Shown: piece by piece, positions 17,129 through 25,716 of the stretch
Layout: each line of letters opens with the position of its first letter
How positions within the stretch are numbered: position 1 is the first letter of the stretch
Source of the DNA: a virus
Taxonomy: Duplodnaviria; Caudoviricetes
Length of the DNA stretch: 48,527 bases
IMG/VR virus record: IMGVR_UViG_3300035148_000179
Coordinates: 1 to 48,527 of that record
Reading direction: 5' to 3' (one strand)
Made by a program: the position numbers and the translations under genes
Notes under the pieces: generated by a model
What the model was told of the DNA's origin: nothing
Database searches by the model: none
What the model saw: the letters and a program-made list of their open reading frames with translations, nothing else

Positions 17129-17394
17129 GTAGTGAGTTCCTGTAGATCGCCATCAATAACGAAGACAGTACCGCCCGCTGCACGTATCGAATCGATCGTG
17201 CGCTGCTGTCTTACCGTTGGTTTCTCCCCTGGCGCCTTTGTCTCGATGGCGAATACCGGTACGCCGGGGATCTGAATGTGCATGAAGTCGAGCGCAGGTG
17301 CGCCCATGCCGTTCTGTACTGGGCAGTGCCAGTACGCCTTACGGCCGGCGAGTAGCTTTTTTACCTTGTCTTTTACTCGGCCTTCCGGCGTCAT
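17083..17394 (-). CDS. VRR-NUC domain nuclease
   Basis: MTPEGRVK...GAPALDF...AIETKAPGEKPTVRQ pattern. Confidence 0.85.
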   Translation of the reverse strand: MTPEGRVKDKVKKLLAGRKAYWHCPVQNGMGAPALDFMHIQIPGVPVFAIETKAPGEKPTVRQQRTIDSIRAAGGTVFVIDGDLQELTTWLDRYGYSPNTSAS

Positions 17395-17623
17395 ACTCCC
17401 ACTCCAGCAATAGCTCGAGGCAGTGAATTGCCTTCTGCAAATCCACTGCGCCTGCTTTCCGTTTGTGCCGACAGATGTACTTTATCGCAAGTCCTTCCAT
17501 CGTGCCTAGTCCATTCTGATGACAGAAGAACCCTGGCTGGATAGCCATCTCGCGATAGTGGGAGCCGGCTACTTGCTTACTTGACGCCTTTGGCTTTCGC
17601 CTTGGGGTATGCTTTGGTCCCAT
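17339..17623 (-). CDS. DUF3310 (SaV-like) protein
   Basis: QVAGSHY...IQP...AIKYICR...K...DLQKAIHCLELL. Confidence 0.8.
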   Translation of the reverse strand: MGPKHTPRRKPKASSKQVAGSHYREMAIQPGFFCHQNGLGTMEGLAIKYICRHKRKAGAVDLQKAIHCLELLLEWEYDAGRPSKRQGKKATRRP

Positions 17624-18782
17624 ACATTCTCTCCAGTGTTTTTACGTCGACTCGGTGCCGCTCCACCTCGCCGTCTTCTATGTCCAGCACGATAGCGGTC
17701 ATGTCCCTGCCTGACCTGTAGCCCTTGCCTGCGTGCCATGCGTCACGTGCAGCCAGGGTCCTGAATGATTCAGCTGTGCAGCCTGGGAACTCCAGCATCT
17801 TGCGGTGGTGGATGTGTCCCGTGTACCAGTAGCGATGCTCGGTCTGTCCCCAGTCAATGGGACGATCGGTCGCCATGATGGGGCCTAGCGCCTCAAGCTT
17901 GGTGTTGTCGCCGTGCGTCACACCAATCAGGTTCTTGCCGAAGCGGAAGTAATGGAACCGCGCCGGGCTCTCGTCGAATACAACCCTGGGGTTGTTCTCG
18001 TAGAACATAGCCAGGGCGATAGTGAGCATCTGCGAACTGTGGTCATCGTGATTGCCGATCTCGTTGATCACGTGGACCGTCTCGTACTTGGCAAGGCACA
18101 GCTCGATGCATGTGCGCATGGCCCTTATGCCAACGCGCAGCACCTTTGCCCAGCGTGTGTCGACGTCAAGTGCGTTGCCAGAACGCATCGTCTGGTTGTC
18201 CATGTTGTCAGCATGGAAGAAGTCACCAACGTTCACGATCAGTGCGTTCTTAGCTGGAGGGCAGCAGTTCACGAGATGGCCAACTGCTGCTGTCAGGTGC
18301 TTCTCTGCAATGTCGAGGTCGAAGTCCTGACCTGTCTCGTCTGCCCACGCATACATACCGATATGCGGGTCGCCCATCGGGAACGCTACGAGTAGTTCCC
18401 CGGGGGCTGCGGCTGGCGGCTGCACGGTTCTGAGTATAGGGATCTCGCCGAGCGCCAGTCTGATCGCTGCGGCTAACTCCTCGGGCGTAGGTACGCCCGC
18501 CTTCTCCTTCACCCATTGCAGCTTGGGGTTGCCGTCCGCATCGAACAGCGTCGAGGTACCGTGGATACGCGCCTGGTCAGGACGGTAGTACGGCGCCATG
18601 TTATGCGGAGCACTAGGCACGGGCTGCCCCGTATCGCGCATGACCTTGATGATCATCTGGATACGGCGCTTGCTGATACCCATCAGCTTGGCCGCTTGGC
18701 CTTGGTGTCCGTTCGTCTTTTCGAGTGCGTCTAAGAGACGCTTAGCTGTATCGGGATGGATCTTATTTTGCTTGTGCGCCAC
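17577..18782 (-). CDS. Calcineurin-like metallophosphoesterase with N-terminal HTH
   Basis: GDPH, GDFFH, GNHD, THGD, GHIHH motifs; N-terminal AAKLMGISKR helix-turn-helix. Confidence 0.8.
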   Translation of the reverse strand: MAHKQNKIHPDTAKRLLDALEKTNGHQGQAAKLMGISKRRIQMIIKVMRDTGQPVPSAPHNMAPYYRPDQARIHGTSTLFDADGNPKLQWVKEKAGVPTPEELAAAIRLALGEIPILRTVQPPAAAPGELLVAFPMGDPHIGMYAWADETGQDFDLDIAEKHLTAAVGHLVNCCPPAKNALIVNVGDFFHADNMDNQTMRSGNALDVDTRWAKVLRVGIRAMRTCIELCLAKYETVHVINEIGNHDDHSSQMLTIALAMFYENNPRVVFDESPARFHYFRFGKNLIGVTHGDNTKLEALGPIMATDRPIDWGQTEHRYWYTGHIHHRKMLEFPGCTAESFRTLAARDAWHAGKGYRSGRDMTAIVLDIEDGEVERHRVDVKTLERMYGTKAYPKAKAKGVK

Positions 18783-19257
18783 GCCTCACCTCGGTCTTGC
18801 TTATGGACTCGGTAATGATGCGGCCGCCCGTGAATGGGTCGATGCGCGCCGCGATCCTTACCGCTTCGAGCGCAGACTTACCGCAATGCATAGCTGCCAG
18901 TGCTGCCATTGACCCGCTGCCAACGGCGTAGAATTCTTCCTCGATCAGCTCACCCCTGCAGTACACGTCGAACTCGTACAGCCCCTTGGGGGTGAGCACG
19001 AGGCACGTGAAGTCACCCCCGATATGGAGGAACATATCGGGGATAGGCTTGCCACTACCGTACCAGTCGTAGAACACCATGCCGGGCGAACTCTCGCCGG
19101 CCGTGGCAATGACGACGTCGTATGACTTCTTGCCCTCAGTGATGCGCTTGCGGTACAGCTTGCGGCACGTGTGCTTGCGCGCACCGCTGCCGTAGTCGAC
19201 CGTGAGCCTGGAGTCTGCAGCCAGAATCCCATCCCTGAAGGCAATCGTTGTCATCAT
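18763..19257 (-). CDS. Ntn-hydrolase peptidase (HslV/proteasome beta-like)
   Basis: N-terminal TTIAFRDGILAADSR, AVGSGS, AVRIAARIDPFTGG. Confidence 0.75.
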   Translation of the reverse strand: MMTTIAFRDGILAADSRLTVDYGSGARKHTCRKLYRKRITEGKKSYDVVIATAGESSPGMVFYDWYGSGKPIPDMFLHIGGDFTCLVLTPKGLYEFDVYCRGELIEEEFYAVGSGSMAALAAMHCGKSALEAVRIAARIDPFTGGRIITESISKTEVRRGAQAK

Positions 19258-19913
19258 GTACCCCAGTTAGGACACGACTTCACCGGGCACCACTTGCAGT
19301 GCCGGCCAGGGCGTGGCGGGAAGTCCATCGACCTGAAGGCCGTCTGGTACCGCTCGACACGGGGCGATAGGTCGGACCACAGCTCGCCCATATCCTCTCG
19401 CTTGATCGCGCACTTCGTCACGGACTTGTCTTTCGTCCAGACAAAGGCGCAAGTTATTGTCTCAACCTCCGGAGCATGCTGGAAAAACAGGCTGCCGGTC
19501 AACTTCAACTGCGTGAAGTCATCGGACTTCTTACCTGTCTTGTAGTCAAGAAGTACTGCCTTTGTACCCACATCGATAGTCAGGTCGGCGATCGCCCGAC
19601 AGTAGACGTCCTTCTCGAACCACCCTGTGGGCTCCATGGAGGCGTTTATGGCCATCTGGAACTCGGCCCGCTTCGTACCAGGGCTAGCAGCCAGCGGCCC
19701 TACGATGCCCTCCAGGTGCGTCAGGTGGGCAGGGAGTGGCAGGTTCCTGGTGACACGCAACTCGAGCGCCTTGTGTACGGCCTTGCCGTAGTTCATGGCC
19801 TCGGTCTCTGGTTCCTTGAACGACTTGGCTATCGACGTGGCATAGAACTTCTTCGGGCACTGCTCGAAGTTGCTCAGCCTGGAGTAGCTGAAGGCGGTGT
19901 ATGGAACCTGCAT
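19254..19913 (-). CDS. Cas4/RecB-like PD-(D/E)xK exonuclease with 4-Cys cluster
   Basis: SYSRL..FEQCPKK, GKAVH, IADL, DYKTGK, C-terminal CKWCPVKSC. Confidence 0.85.
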   Translation of the reverse strand: MQVPYTAFSYSRLSNFEQCPKKFYATSIAKSFKEPETEAMNYGKAVHKALELRVTRNLPLPAHLTHLEGIVGPLAASPGTKRAEFQMAINASMEPTGWFEKDVYCRAIADLTIDVGTKAVLLDYKTGKKSDDFTQLKLTGSLFFQHAPEVETITCAFVWTKDKSVTKCAIKREDMGELWSDLSPRVERYQTAFRSMDFPPRPGRHCKWCPVKSCPNWGT

Positions 19914-20098
19914 TACTCCACCTCGATGGTGAGCGGACAGAACTGCATCAACGGAACAGTGATGGCGTACTCCGTACCGAGGTACTCGTAGTAGCAGATG
20001 CGGGTCGTTGCCGACGCATGCTCACGTAGGAAGAACGCTGTGCCTGCATGGGCAGCGGTTGCCACCAAGAGCAGGAGAAAAATTGAAATGCGGGTCAC
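19913..20098 (-). CDS. Small secreted protein with signal peptide
   Basis: MTRISIFLLLLVATAAHA (AxA cleavage site), two Cys; overlaps both neighbours. Confidence 0.65.
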   Translation of the reverse strand: MTRISIFLLLLVATAAHAGTAFFLREHASATTRICYYEYLGTEYAITVPLMQFCPLTIEVE

Positions 20099-21963
20099 TT
20101 AGTTTCTCCGTATGAATCACCAACGCCGACCTTGCATGCGAGCGGGAGCTCCGGCATCCACGGTACGGGATCTGTCAGCACACGCTTCACAACATCGACC
20201 ACTCGTGGCGCTGCCGCTTCGGGAACTACGTACACCAGTTCGTCGTGAACTTGGAGCGCAGCCTCCAGCCCGGCCCGTGCAAGGCGTAGCTCAGCGCGTG
20301 AGATGATGATGCGGGCCAGAGCCTGCACCACGTTCTCTGTCAGCGAGCCGCCCCAGATGGGCTTCATGTAGACCTTCGACGCAGTCTCATGCATCTCGAA
20401 CTGGGTGTGGTTGAGGTTGTCACGTGACAACTTGGGGTAGAAGATCGGCATGCCGTTCGGCAGGATTACCTGCTTCTGCTTGAACGTGAGCAGCGGTTGG
20501 GATTCAGGGAATCCGTACCACGACAGCCCGTTCTGCAGCTCGATCATCTTGGCAACACAAGCGTCCATCTTACGCCACAACGTGGGTATGCAGCGATACT
20601 TGCTGCGGTAGAACTTGACCGTACGCTCGGCTTCCTCGTCGGACATCGGGATACCCAGCCCTGCCATCGTGGCGCAGTACTTGCCAGGACCCATGCCAAA
20701 CCCCAGCCCGAGGATGCACATCTTGCCGACGAACCGCTCGGTGAATGTCGACGGGTCATCCGATACGGGGTATCCGTACAGCTCAGTGGCGAACTCCGAG
20801 TACACGTCGATGCCCTGTGCGAACCGCTCTACCAGATCCCATTGCCCGGCCAGTACCGCAGTAATGCGTGCCTCGATCGCACTCAAGTCGGCAGAGATCA
20901 CCTTGTAGCCTGGCGGCGCAACCACTGACTTGCGCAGTGCGCTGCCACGGGGGAGGTTCTGCAGGTTGATGCCCATCATCCCGCTGAAGCGGCCGGTGTG
21001 CGCACCGTAGTACAACAACGGTACTGGTAGGCGGGAGGTCAGCTCCTCCAGCTCGATGAACTGCTGCACCCTGGTCCGCTCGATAGTGCTCTTGAGCAGG
21101 AGCCTGGCCTCTACGAGCTGCTGCACCTTCGGGTTCGGGTGCGCTCGCAATGCGAGGAAGCCGGGGTCCTTCTTAGAGAACGCGAACGCCACACGCCCCG
21201 GCACAGTCGGGCTCATCTTTTCGGGTGGGTCCACCCCGTAAGACCTGAGCAGCGTAGCGAACTGAGGGTTCGATGTTACCTGCGTACGTGACACACCCAA
21301 GGCAGACAGCACGAGCAGGGCCTTGGCCTCAGTGTCAGCGCATTCCTCCTGTGCAGCGAGCAGCTTGTCCCGGTCCAGGACGAGCTTGCCACGAACAAAC
21401 TTCTTGATCGTGAGGTCTACGATATCCACCTCGTCATCCGGCATGCGCGCCATGATGAACTGGTACATGGAATAGCAGATGCCCACGTCGTTGACGCAGT
21501 ACTTGCCGTACTCCTCCAGCTCTCTCACAGTGAAGTCGAGCCGATGCTTGTCGATAACCTTGGCCACCTCGTTACCCTTCGCAGGGAGCTCGAGGTACTC
21601 GGCGCCCTTCGCAAGGGACATAGAGCCTGTGAATGGAGTGATGAATGGGCGGCTGCCCATCATGGTGCAGAAGTACTTGAGCGGACGGAGACCGAACTGC
21701 CACTCCAGGATGGAGCCGTCGAACATTGCGTTGTGCGCAATGACAGTCCGCTGATCTAGCTGCAGCGTCTCCAGCTTGGCCTTGCATTCGTCGTGCGTGC
21801 CAGAGAACCAGTTCGGCCGACCGTCACCGATGGCGTATGCGAACCCGATCACTTCGAATCTCGGGTCGAATACGTAGTGGACAGGCGACATCTTAGTGAG
21901 CGAGTACTCCTTCGTGTAGAACGTCTCGAAGTCGAGGGTCACTGGGGGCAGTTGCGCCGTCAT
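20095..21963 (-). CDS. polA: Family A DNA polymerase with 3'-5' exonuclease
   Basis: LDFET, AHNAMFD, YCVND exonuclease motifs; HTGRFS, NLQN; motif A ADLSAIEAR; motif B RFVGKMCILGLGFG; motif C VHDELV. Confidence 0.95.
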   Translation of the reverse strand: MTAQLPPVTLDFETFYTKEYSLTKMSPVHYVFDPRFEVIGFAYAIGDGRPNWFSGTHDECKAKLETLQLDQRTVIAHNAMFDGSILEWQFGLRPLKYFCTMMGSRPFITPFTGSMSLAKGAEYLELPAKGNEVAKVIDKHRLDFTVRELEEYGKYCVNDVGICYSMYQFIMARMPDDEVDIVDLTIKKFVRGKLVLDRDKLLAAQEECADTEAKALLVLSALGVSRTQVTSNPQFATLLRSYGVDPPEKMSPTVPGRVAFAFSKKDPGFLALRAHPNPKVQQLVEARLLLKSTIERTRVQQFIELEELTSRLPVPLLYYGAHTGRFSGMMGINLQNLPRGSALRKSVVAPPGYKVISADLSAIEARITAVLAGQWDLVERFAQGIDVYSEFATELYGYPVSDDPSTFTERFVGKMCILGLGFGMGPGKYCATMAGLGIPMSDEEAERTVKFYRSKYRCIPTLWRKMDACVAKMIELQNGLSWYGFPESQPLLTFKQKQVILPNGMPIFYPKLSRDNLNHTQFEMHETASKVYMKPIWGGSLTENVVQALARIIISRAELRLARAGLEAALQVHDELVYVVPEAAAPRVVDVVKRVLTDPVPWMPELPLACKVGVGDSYGETK

Positions 21964-22014
21964 GTTCTGTCCTCTATCATCATGTCTGTCCTGTCCTCTC
22001 CCCTGTAGTCGCTC

Positions 22015-22045
22015 GGCCCCCGTAACTGGGGGCCTCTTTTTATTT
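22015..22045 (+). terminator. Hairpin with U-tract on the plus strand (antisense to local genes)
   Basis: GGCCCCC-gtaact-GGGGGCC followed by TCTTTTTATTT. Confidence 0.5.
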
Positions 22046-22855
22046 GATAGTGAAGTTGTCAGAGCCTATGTCATACACGCTCAGCAACTTCCGGGTCGGT
22101 GCCTCGGGCGCACTCTGATAGTTGGCGCAACCAGAGGTGGAGTAGTCGAACATCCACTGCGTCACGTTCACATGGTGCTTGAATGACTCAAGCCCCGGCA
22201 CCTCTGGCAGCAAGTGACAGAGTGCTAGATGATCCAGCATGTCGTGGATGTTGCGCCTGTCTACTCGCATCCAGTCGTGTGGCAGCGGAGATCTTCGCTC
22301 CTGCTTCGCCAACGCTTCCTGTGTCATGTCGTACGTGTAGCGTACCAGATCAGGGCACATGCGGTGAAGCTGGCCGACAGTGCTAGCCATGTTTATCAGC
22401 GCATCGAAGGTGTGCTGGGTGCGCAGCGATCGAGCTGTGATCTTGACCGCCATGTACGCCCAGTCCAGGAAGTCTGAGCGTTCCTCTCCCCACAATACCT
22501 GGTTGATATCTAGCGGCTCGCTCACCTTGTCCATGCGAAACAGGGGGTACTTGTTTTCTTCAAGCGCCTCCTTGTTGATCTGCATGTGCATCACGTGACC
22601 GAGCGGCATGATGGTGGGGATGCCGATGAATTCCTGCGACTTGAACGGAGGTGGCTCATCGACGGAGAGCCACCAGTTACGCATGGCATGCCACGCACGC
22701 CGAGGCATGTCAGCCAGGGTCGCCTCGACGTAGCGACCGTATGCGTCGGCGTTCAACGGGCAAGGGTGAGTCACCACGTGGCGGGCGAGCATACGATTCA
22801 GGATCATGAGCATCCTGTTCTTCTCGTCCACCGATAGCACACGGTAGTTGCTCAT
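22040..22855 (-). CDS. Hypothetical protein, 271 aa
   Basis: Coupled ORF in the operon. TVGQLHRMCPDL weakly recalls Nmad5-type proteins (unverified). Confidence 0.7.
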   Translation of the reverse strand: MSNYRVLSVDEKNRMLMILNRMLARHVVTHPCPLNADAYGRYVEATLADMPRRAWHAMRNWWLSVDEPPPFKSQEFIGIPTIMPLGHVMHMQINKEALEENKYPLFRMDKVSEPLDINQVLWGEERSDFLDWAYMAVKITARSLRTQHTFDALINMASTVGQLHRMCPDLVRYTYDMTQEALAKQERRSPLPHDWMRVDRRNIHDMLDHLALCHLLPEVPGLESFKHHVNVTQWMFDYSTSGCANYQSAPEAPTRKLLSVYDIGSDNFTIK

Positions 22856-23076
22856 TCTGCTTCTTCCCTCGCTTCCATGATCTGTACTTCGAGGGCAGTG
22901 ACCTCGTTCTCCAGTTCTTGGATGCGTTCAAGATCTTCCTCTCGTGCCTTGGCCGCCCGGTGTGCGAGCACACGCACTTGCTTGACGGACACTGCGTAGT
23001 TGTCGTCACACGCATAGGCAATCCGCTCAACCTCGTCGAACGGTAGGTGTTCGACCTGATAGAGAGTGATGCTCAT
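22852..23076 (-). CDS. Hypothetical coiled-coil protein
   Basis: ATG 23076 overlaps the upstream TGA; GAGGAG RBS. Confidence 0.7.
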   Translation of the reverse strand: MSITLYQVEHLPFDEVERIAYACDDNYAVSVKQVRVLAHRAAKAREEDLERIQELENEVTALEVQIMEAREEAE

Positions 23077-23651
23077 CGCTTTCTCCTCAGCCATGGTGAT
23101 ATGTCGATTGTCTCGCCGGTCTCGATCGCACGAGTAGCAGCCAAGATGCTGTCCTTCGGTACGATCTGGAACAGGTTGTCGATCTCGAGCGTGTTACACA
23201 CGGCACGCACGTCGAGGATCTGGGGACGAGTGCAGTACAGTTGCCGCCACTCGGGGCGGTGTCCTTCCTCGTCATAGGTATGGAAGCGCCAGCGCCAGGC
23301 GTTCTGGTCCTTCGTCATCTCGGGGTTCGCCAGCTTCCACAGCACCTGAAGGTCGGACAGGATCTTCTGCTTACGTTCCTCGCCCTCAGATACACGGTAG
23401 CTGATGATGCATTTCTCAGCCCGTCCGACACTGAATACTGGGAAGTCGAACCTGGTTGCGAGTATCTGGTAGATAGTGAACGCCCGCCCGCTGATCGAGC
23501 TGGTCCATCCGCGCTTCAGGTAGGTGACTGTCTGCGACTTGACGTTCTCTGGTAGCAGAGAGAGATCCACCTCTGCACCACAGCGGATGCGCAGTATGTC
23601 TGAGATATCGCTGGCAACTTCGATGTCAACGAGCCGTGCTATGAAGCTCAT
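23073..23651 (-). CDS. Hypothetical protein, 192 aa
   Basis: ATGA-coupled at both ends. Confidence 0.7.
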   Translation of the reverse strand: MSFIARLVDIEVASDISDILRIRCGAEVDLSLLPENVKSQTVTYLKRGWTSSISGRAFTIYQILATRFDFPVFSVGRAEKCIISYRVSEGEERKQKILSDLQVLWKLANPEMTKDQNAWRWRFHTYDEEGHRPEWRQLYCTRPQILDVRAVCNTLEIDNLFQIVPKDSILAATRAIETGETIDISPWLRRKR

Positions 23652-23884
23652 TCGTCACCTCCGACACGGGCGCGGCCGATCTCGTAGCCGGCGTCCTTCA
23701 ACGCCTTGCTTACTTTCTCCTCCAGCCCGTGCTCTGTGTGAATGGTGTTCATGATGCTCTGCACGCTGCTCACCACCATCATGTAGTGGACGAGCCGCGT
23801 CTTCATGAACTCCATGCCTATGTGTCTACCGACAAGCAGGCCGGCGACGAACGACAGCCCGCCCAGCAGGATGTATTCACTCAT
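23648..23884 (-). CDS. Small membrane-anchored protein
   Basis: N-terminal hydrophobic helix YILLGGLSFVAGLLVG; ATGA coupling. Confidence 0.65.
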   Translation of the reverse strand: MSEYILLGGLSFVAGLLVGRHIGMEFMKTRLVHYMMVVSSVQSIMNTIHTEHGLEEKVSKALKDAGYEIGRARVGGDE

Positions 23885-24549
23885 CTCGATACCCTCGTGA
23901 TTGTCCGATGCCTGAAGTTCCTTGGCTTCACTTCTGCGTACTCGTCGGTTACGGTTACGTTCAGAGTGAGCGGGGACTTGATCGACTCCTTGAACTGAGC
24001 TGCGTACTCAGGCGACAGGGGAGGTCCGATCTCCCCGATCAACGCCTCAAGCTCGTCACGAACACTACAGCCCCAGCCGTTGCGCCGTATCGTTACCATG
24101 GAGGACGAGCGTAATCCAGTGCCGGTCAGCTTGAACACGTCGTACTGGCTGATACCGTCAGGCCCGGTCATGTAGACCCGTGAGTCATCCCTATCCCTGG
24201 CAGCTGCGATCAGCTTGAGCTTGGCCTCATAGATCATGAGGGTCTCAGTGTTCTTCAGTAGCTTCACCCGCTCTGGGTTGAGGAAGATGATCTCGGCGAA
24301 CGTGGAGTACAGCTTGGCAATGTAGTCCGCACGTGCGGTCCACATATGCATCTGCCAGTAGGCAGCCTGTTCACCAGTCGGTCGATCGCAGTAACCCTTG
24401 TTGGCCCAGCGCCTGAGCGACGTGCCACCACTGGAACCGAGGCGGACAGGATCGTAGACCAGCTTGTGCTTGATCTCCGTATCCGATACTGCTCGCCACC
24501 ATCCCTTCTGTGCACGCGCGTGCACCATGTTCGTGTTTACATACATCAC
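23881..24549 (-). CDS. Hypothetical protein, 222 aa
   Basis: ORF fills the operon gap; AAGGTG RBS. Confidence 0.7.
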   Translation of the reverse strand: MMYVNTNMVHARAQKGWWRAVSDTEIKHKLVYDPVRLGSSGGTSLRRWANKGYCDRPTGEQAAYWQMHMWTARADYIAKLYSTFAEIIFLNPERVKLLKNTETLMIYEAKLKLIAAARDRDDSRVYMTGPDGISQYDVFKLTGTGLRSSSMVTIRRNGWGCSVRDELEALIGEIGPPLSPEYAAQFKESIKSPLTLNVTVTDEYAEVKPRNFRHRTITRVSR

Positions 24550-24558
24550 GGCTGCACC

Positions 24559-25704
24559 TTAGTGGTTGACTTTGACGTGGACCGTCGTGCCCCAGGGTGC
24601 GGTCACGTCTGAGGTGATGCACCAGATGGTGGGGATACCAGTGTCTGCACCGAAGGGTGTGTACCCGTCGGTGAACACGATGACAGTAGACGGGCGCACT
24701 GCCAGCCGGTCGATCTCCTTGAAACCAACGGTCATGTCAGTGCCACCGCCGCCCTTCACCTGTGACTTCAACCCTATCAAGTCGTTGGCGTCGTGCAATT
24801 CGTGGATACCGTGAACCTGTGCATCCACGAACATGACGTACAACATCTCGGGCTGAAGGTCAGACAGGATTCCATGCAGCTCGCCGAAGAACGAAGCCTG
24901 CTCCTTGTCGGACACTGAGCCTGACGTGTCGTTGATGGACAGTACGCAGCCAGCGTGCATGCCCATGCGACCAGGCCAGTACACATGCGGAGCAACGGCA
25001 AGGCGCCTACGGTTCGGTCGAGCCCACGTCTGGGTGTCTCGGCCAGACATGGTGGCCACGGCCTTGCGAAGGTGGTCTTGCCACGGTACCTGCGGGTTGC
25101 AGATCTCATCGACGAGACGCTGCATCGAGCCGGGCATCTTGCCTTGCGACTTGGCCGCTGACGCTGCGGACTGTACTGCCCGCTGAATCTGCGCCTTGCT
25201 TGGTGCGGTGCCAGGATCGCCGGGCATGTGCTCGTCCATGCCATCGTCGTTGTCGTCCTCGTCGGGCAGCTGCTCGTACACCTCGTCCCAGATCATGGTC
25301 CGGTCGAACTGAGGATTGATCAGCGCTCCGATGGGCGGCTTGCCCACGTTGTCGTGGATCAGGGTGTCGTTGATGATGTAGTCCATGGCGTGGTTCGCCT
25401 TGCCCTTGCTGAAGGTTTTCAGGTCGGGGCCGACGCCCAAATCCATGTAGTACTTGAGTCGAGTGGGGTGGTGCATGATCACGTGCAGGATCTCGTGCGC
25501 CAGCACGAACACGCGTTCATCCACCGACCGACACTTCTCCTTGAACCACTTCGGGTTCACGAACAGGTACTTCGCGTCCGTCCCTGCTGTCGCCACAGAT
25601 TCCGTTTCCTCGATCTGTAACAGGTCCAACAGGAGCACCGCAAAGAACGGGTGCTTGTGGATCAGGGTCGCAATCGCTTCAGTCAACTCGTATGAACGAG
25701 CCAT
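24559..25704 (-). CDS. DUF2201-type metallopeptidase + VWA domain protein
   Basis: LAHEILH (HExxH), NHAMDYIIN, MIDAS DTSGS, GGGGTD, FTDGY. Confidence 0.85.
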   Translation of the reverse strand: MARSYELTEAIATLIHKHPFFAVLLLDLLQIEETESVATAGTDAKYLFVNPKWFKEKCRSVDERVFVLAHEILHVIMHHPTRLKYYMDLGVGPDLKTFSKGKANHAMDYIINDTLIHDNVGKPPIGALINPQFDRTMIWDEVYEQLPDEDDNDDGMDEHMPGDPGTAPSKAQIQRAVQSAASAAKSQGKMPGSMQRLVDEICNPQVPWQDHLRKAVATMSGRDTQTWARPNRRRLAVAPHVYWPGRMGMHAGCVLSINDTSGSVSDKEQASFFGELHGILSDLQPEMLYVMFVDAQVHGIHELHDANDLIGLKSQVKGGGGTDMTVGFKEIDRLAVRPSTVIVFTDGYTPFGADTGIPTIWCITSDVTAPWGTTVHVKVNH

Positions 25705-25716
25705 CAGCGTTCTCCT

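Noticed and set aside
19254-19913. Cas4 as evidence of a CRISPR system
   Set aside because: Solo Cas4-like nucleases are common in phage replication modules; no cas1, cas2 or array.
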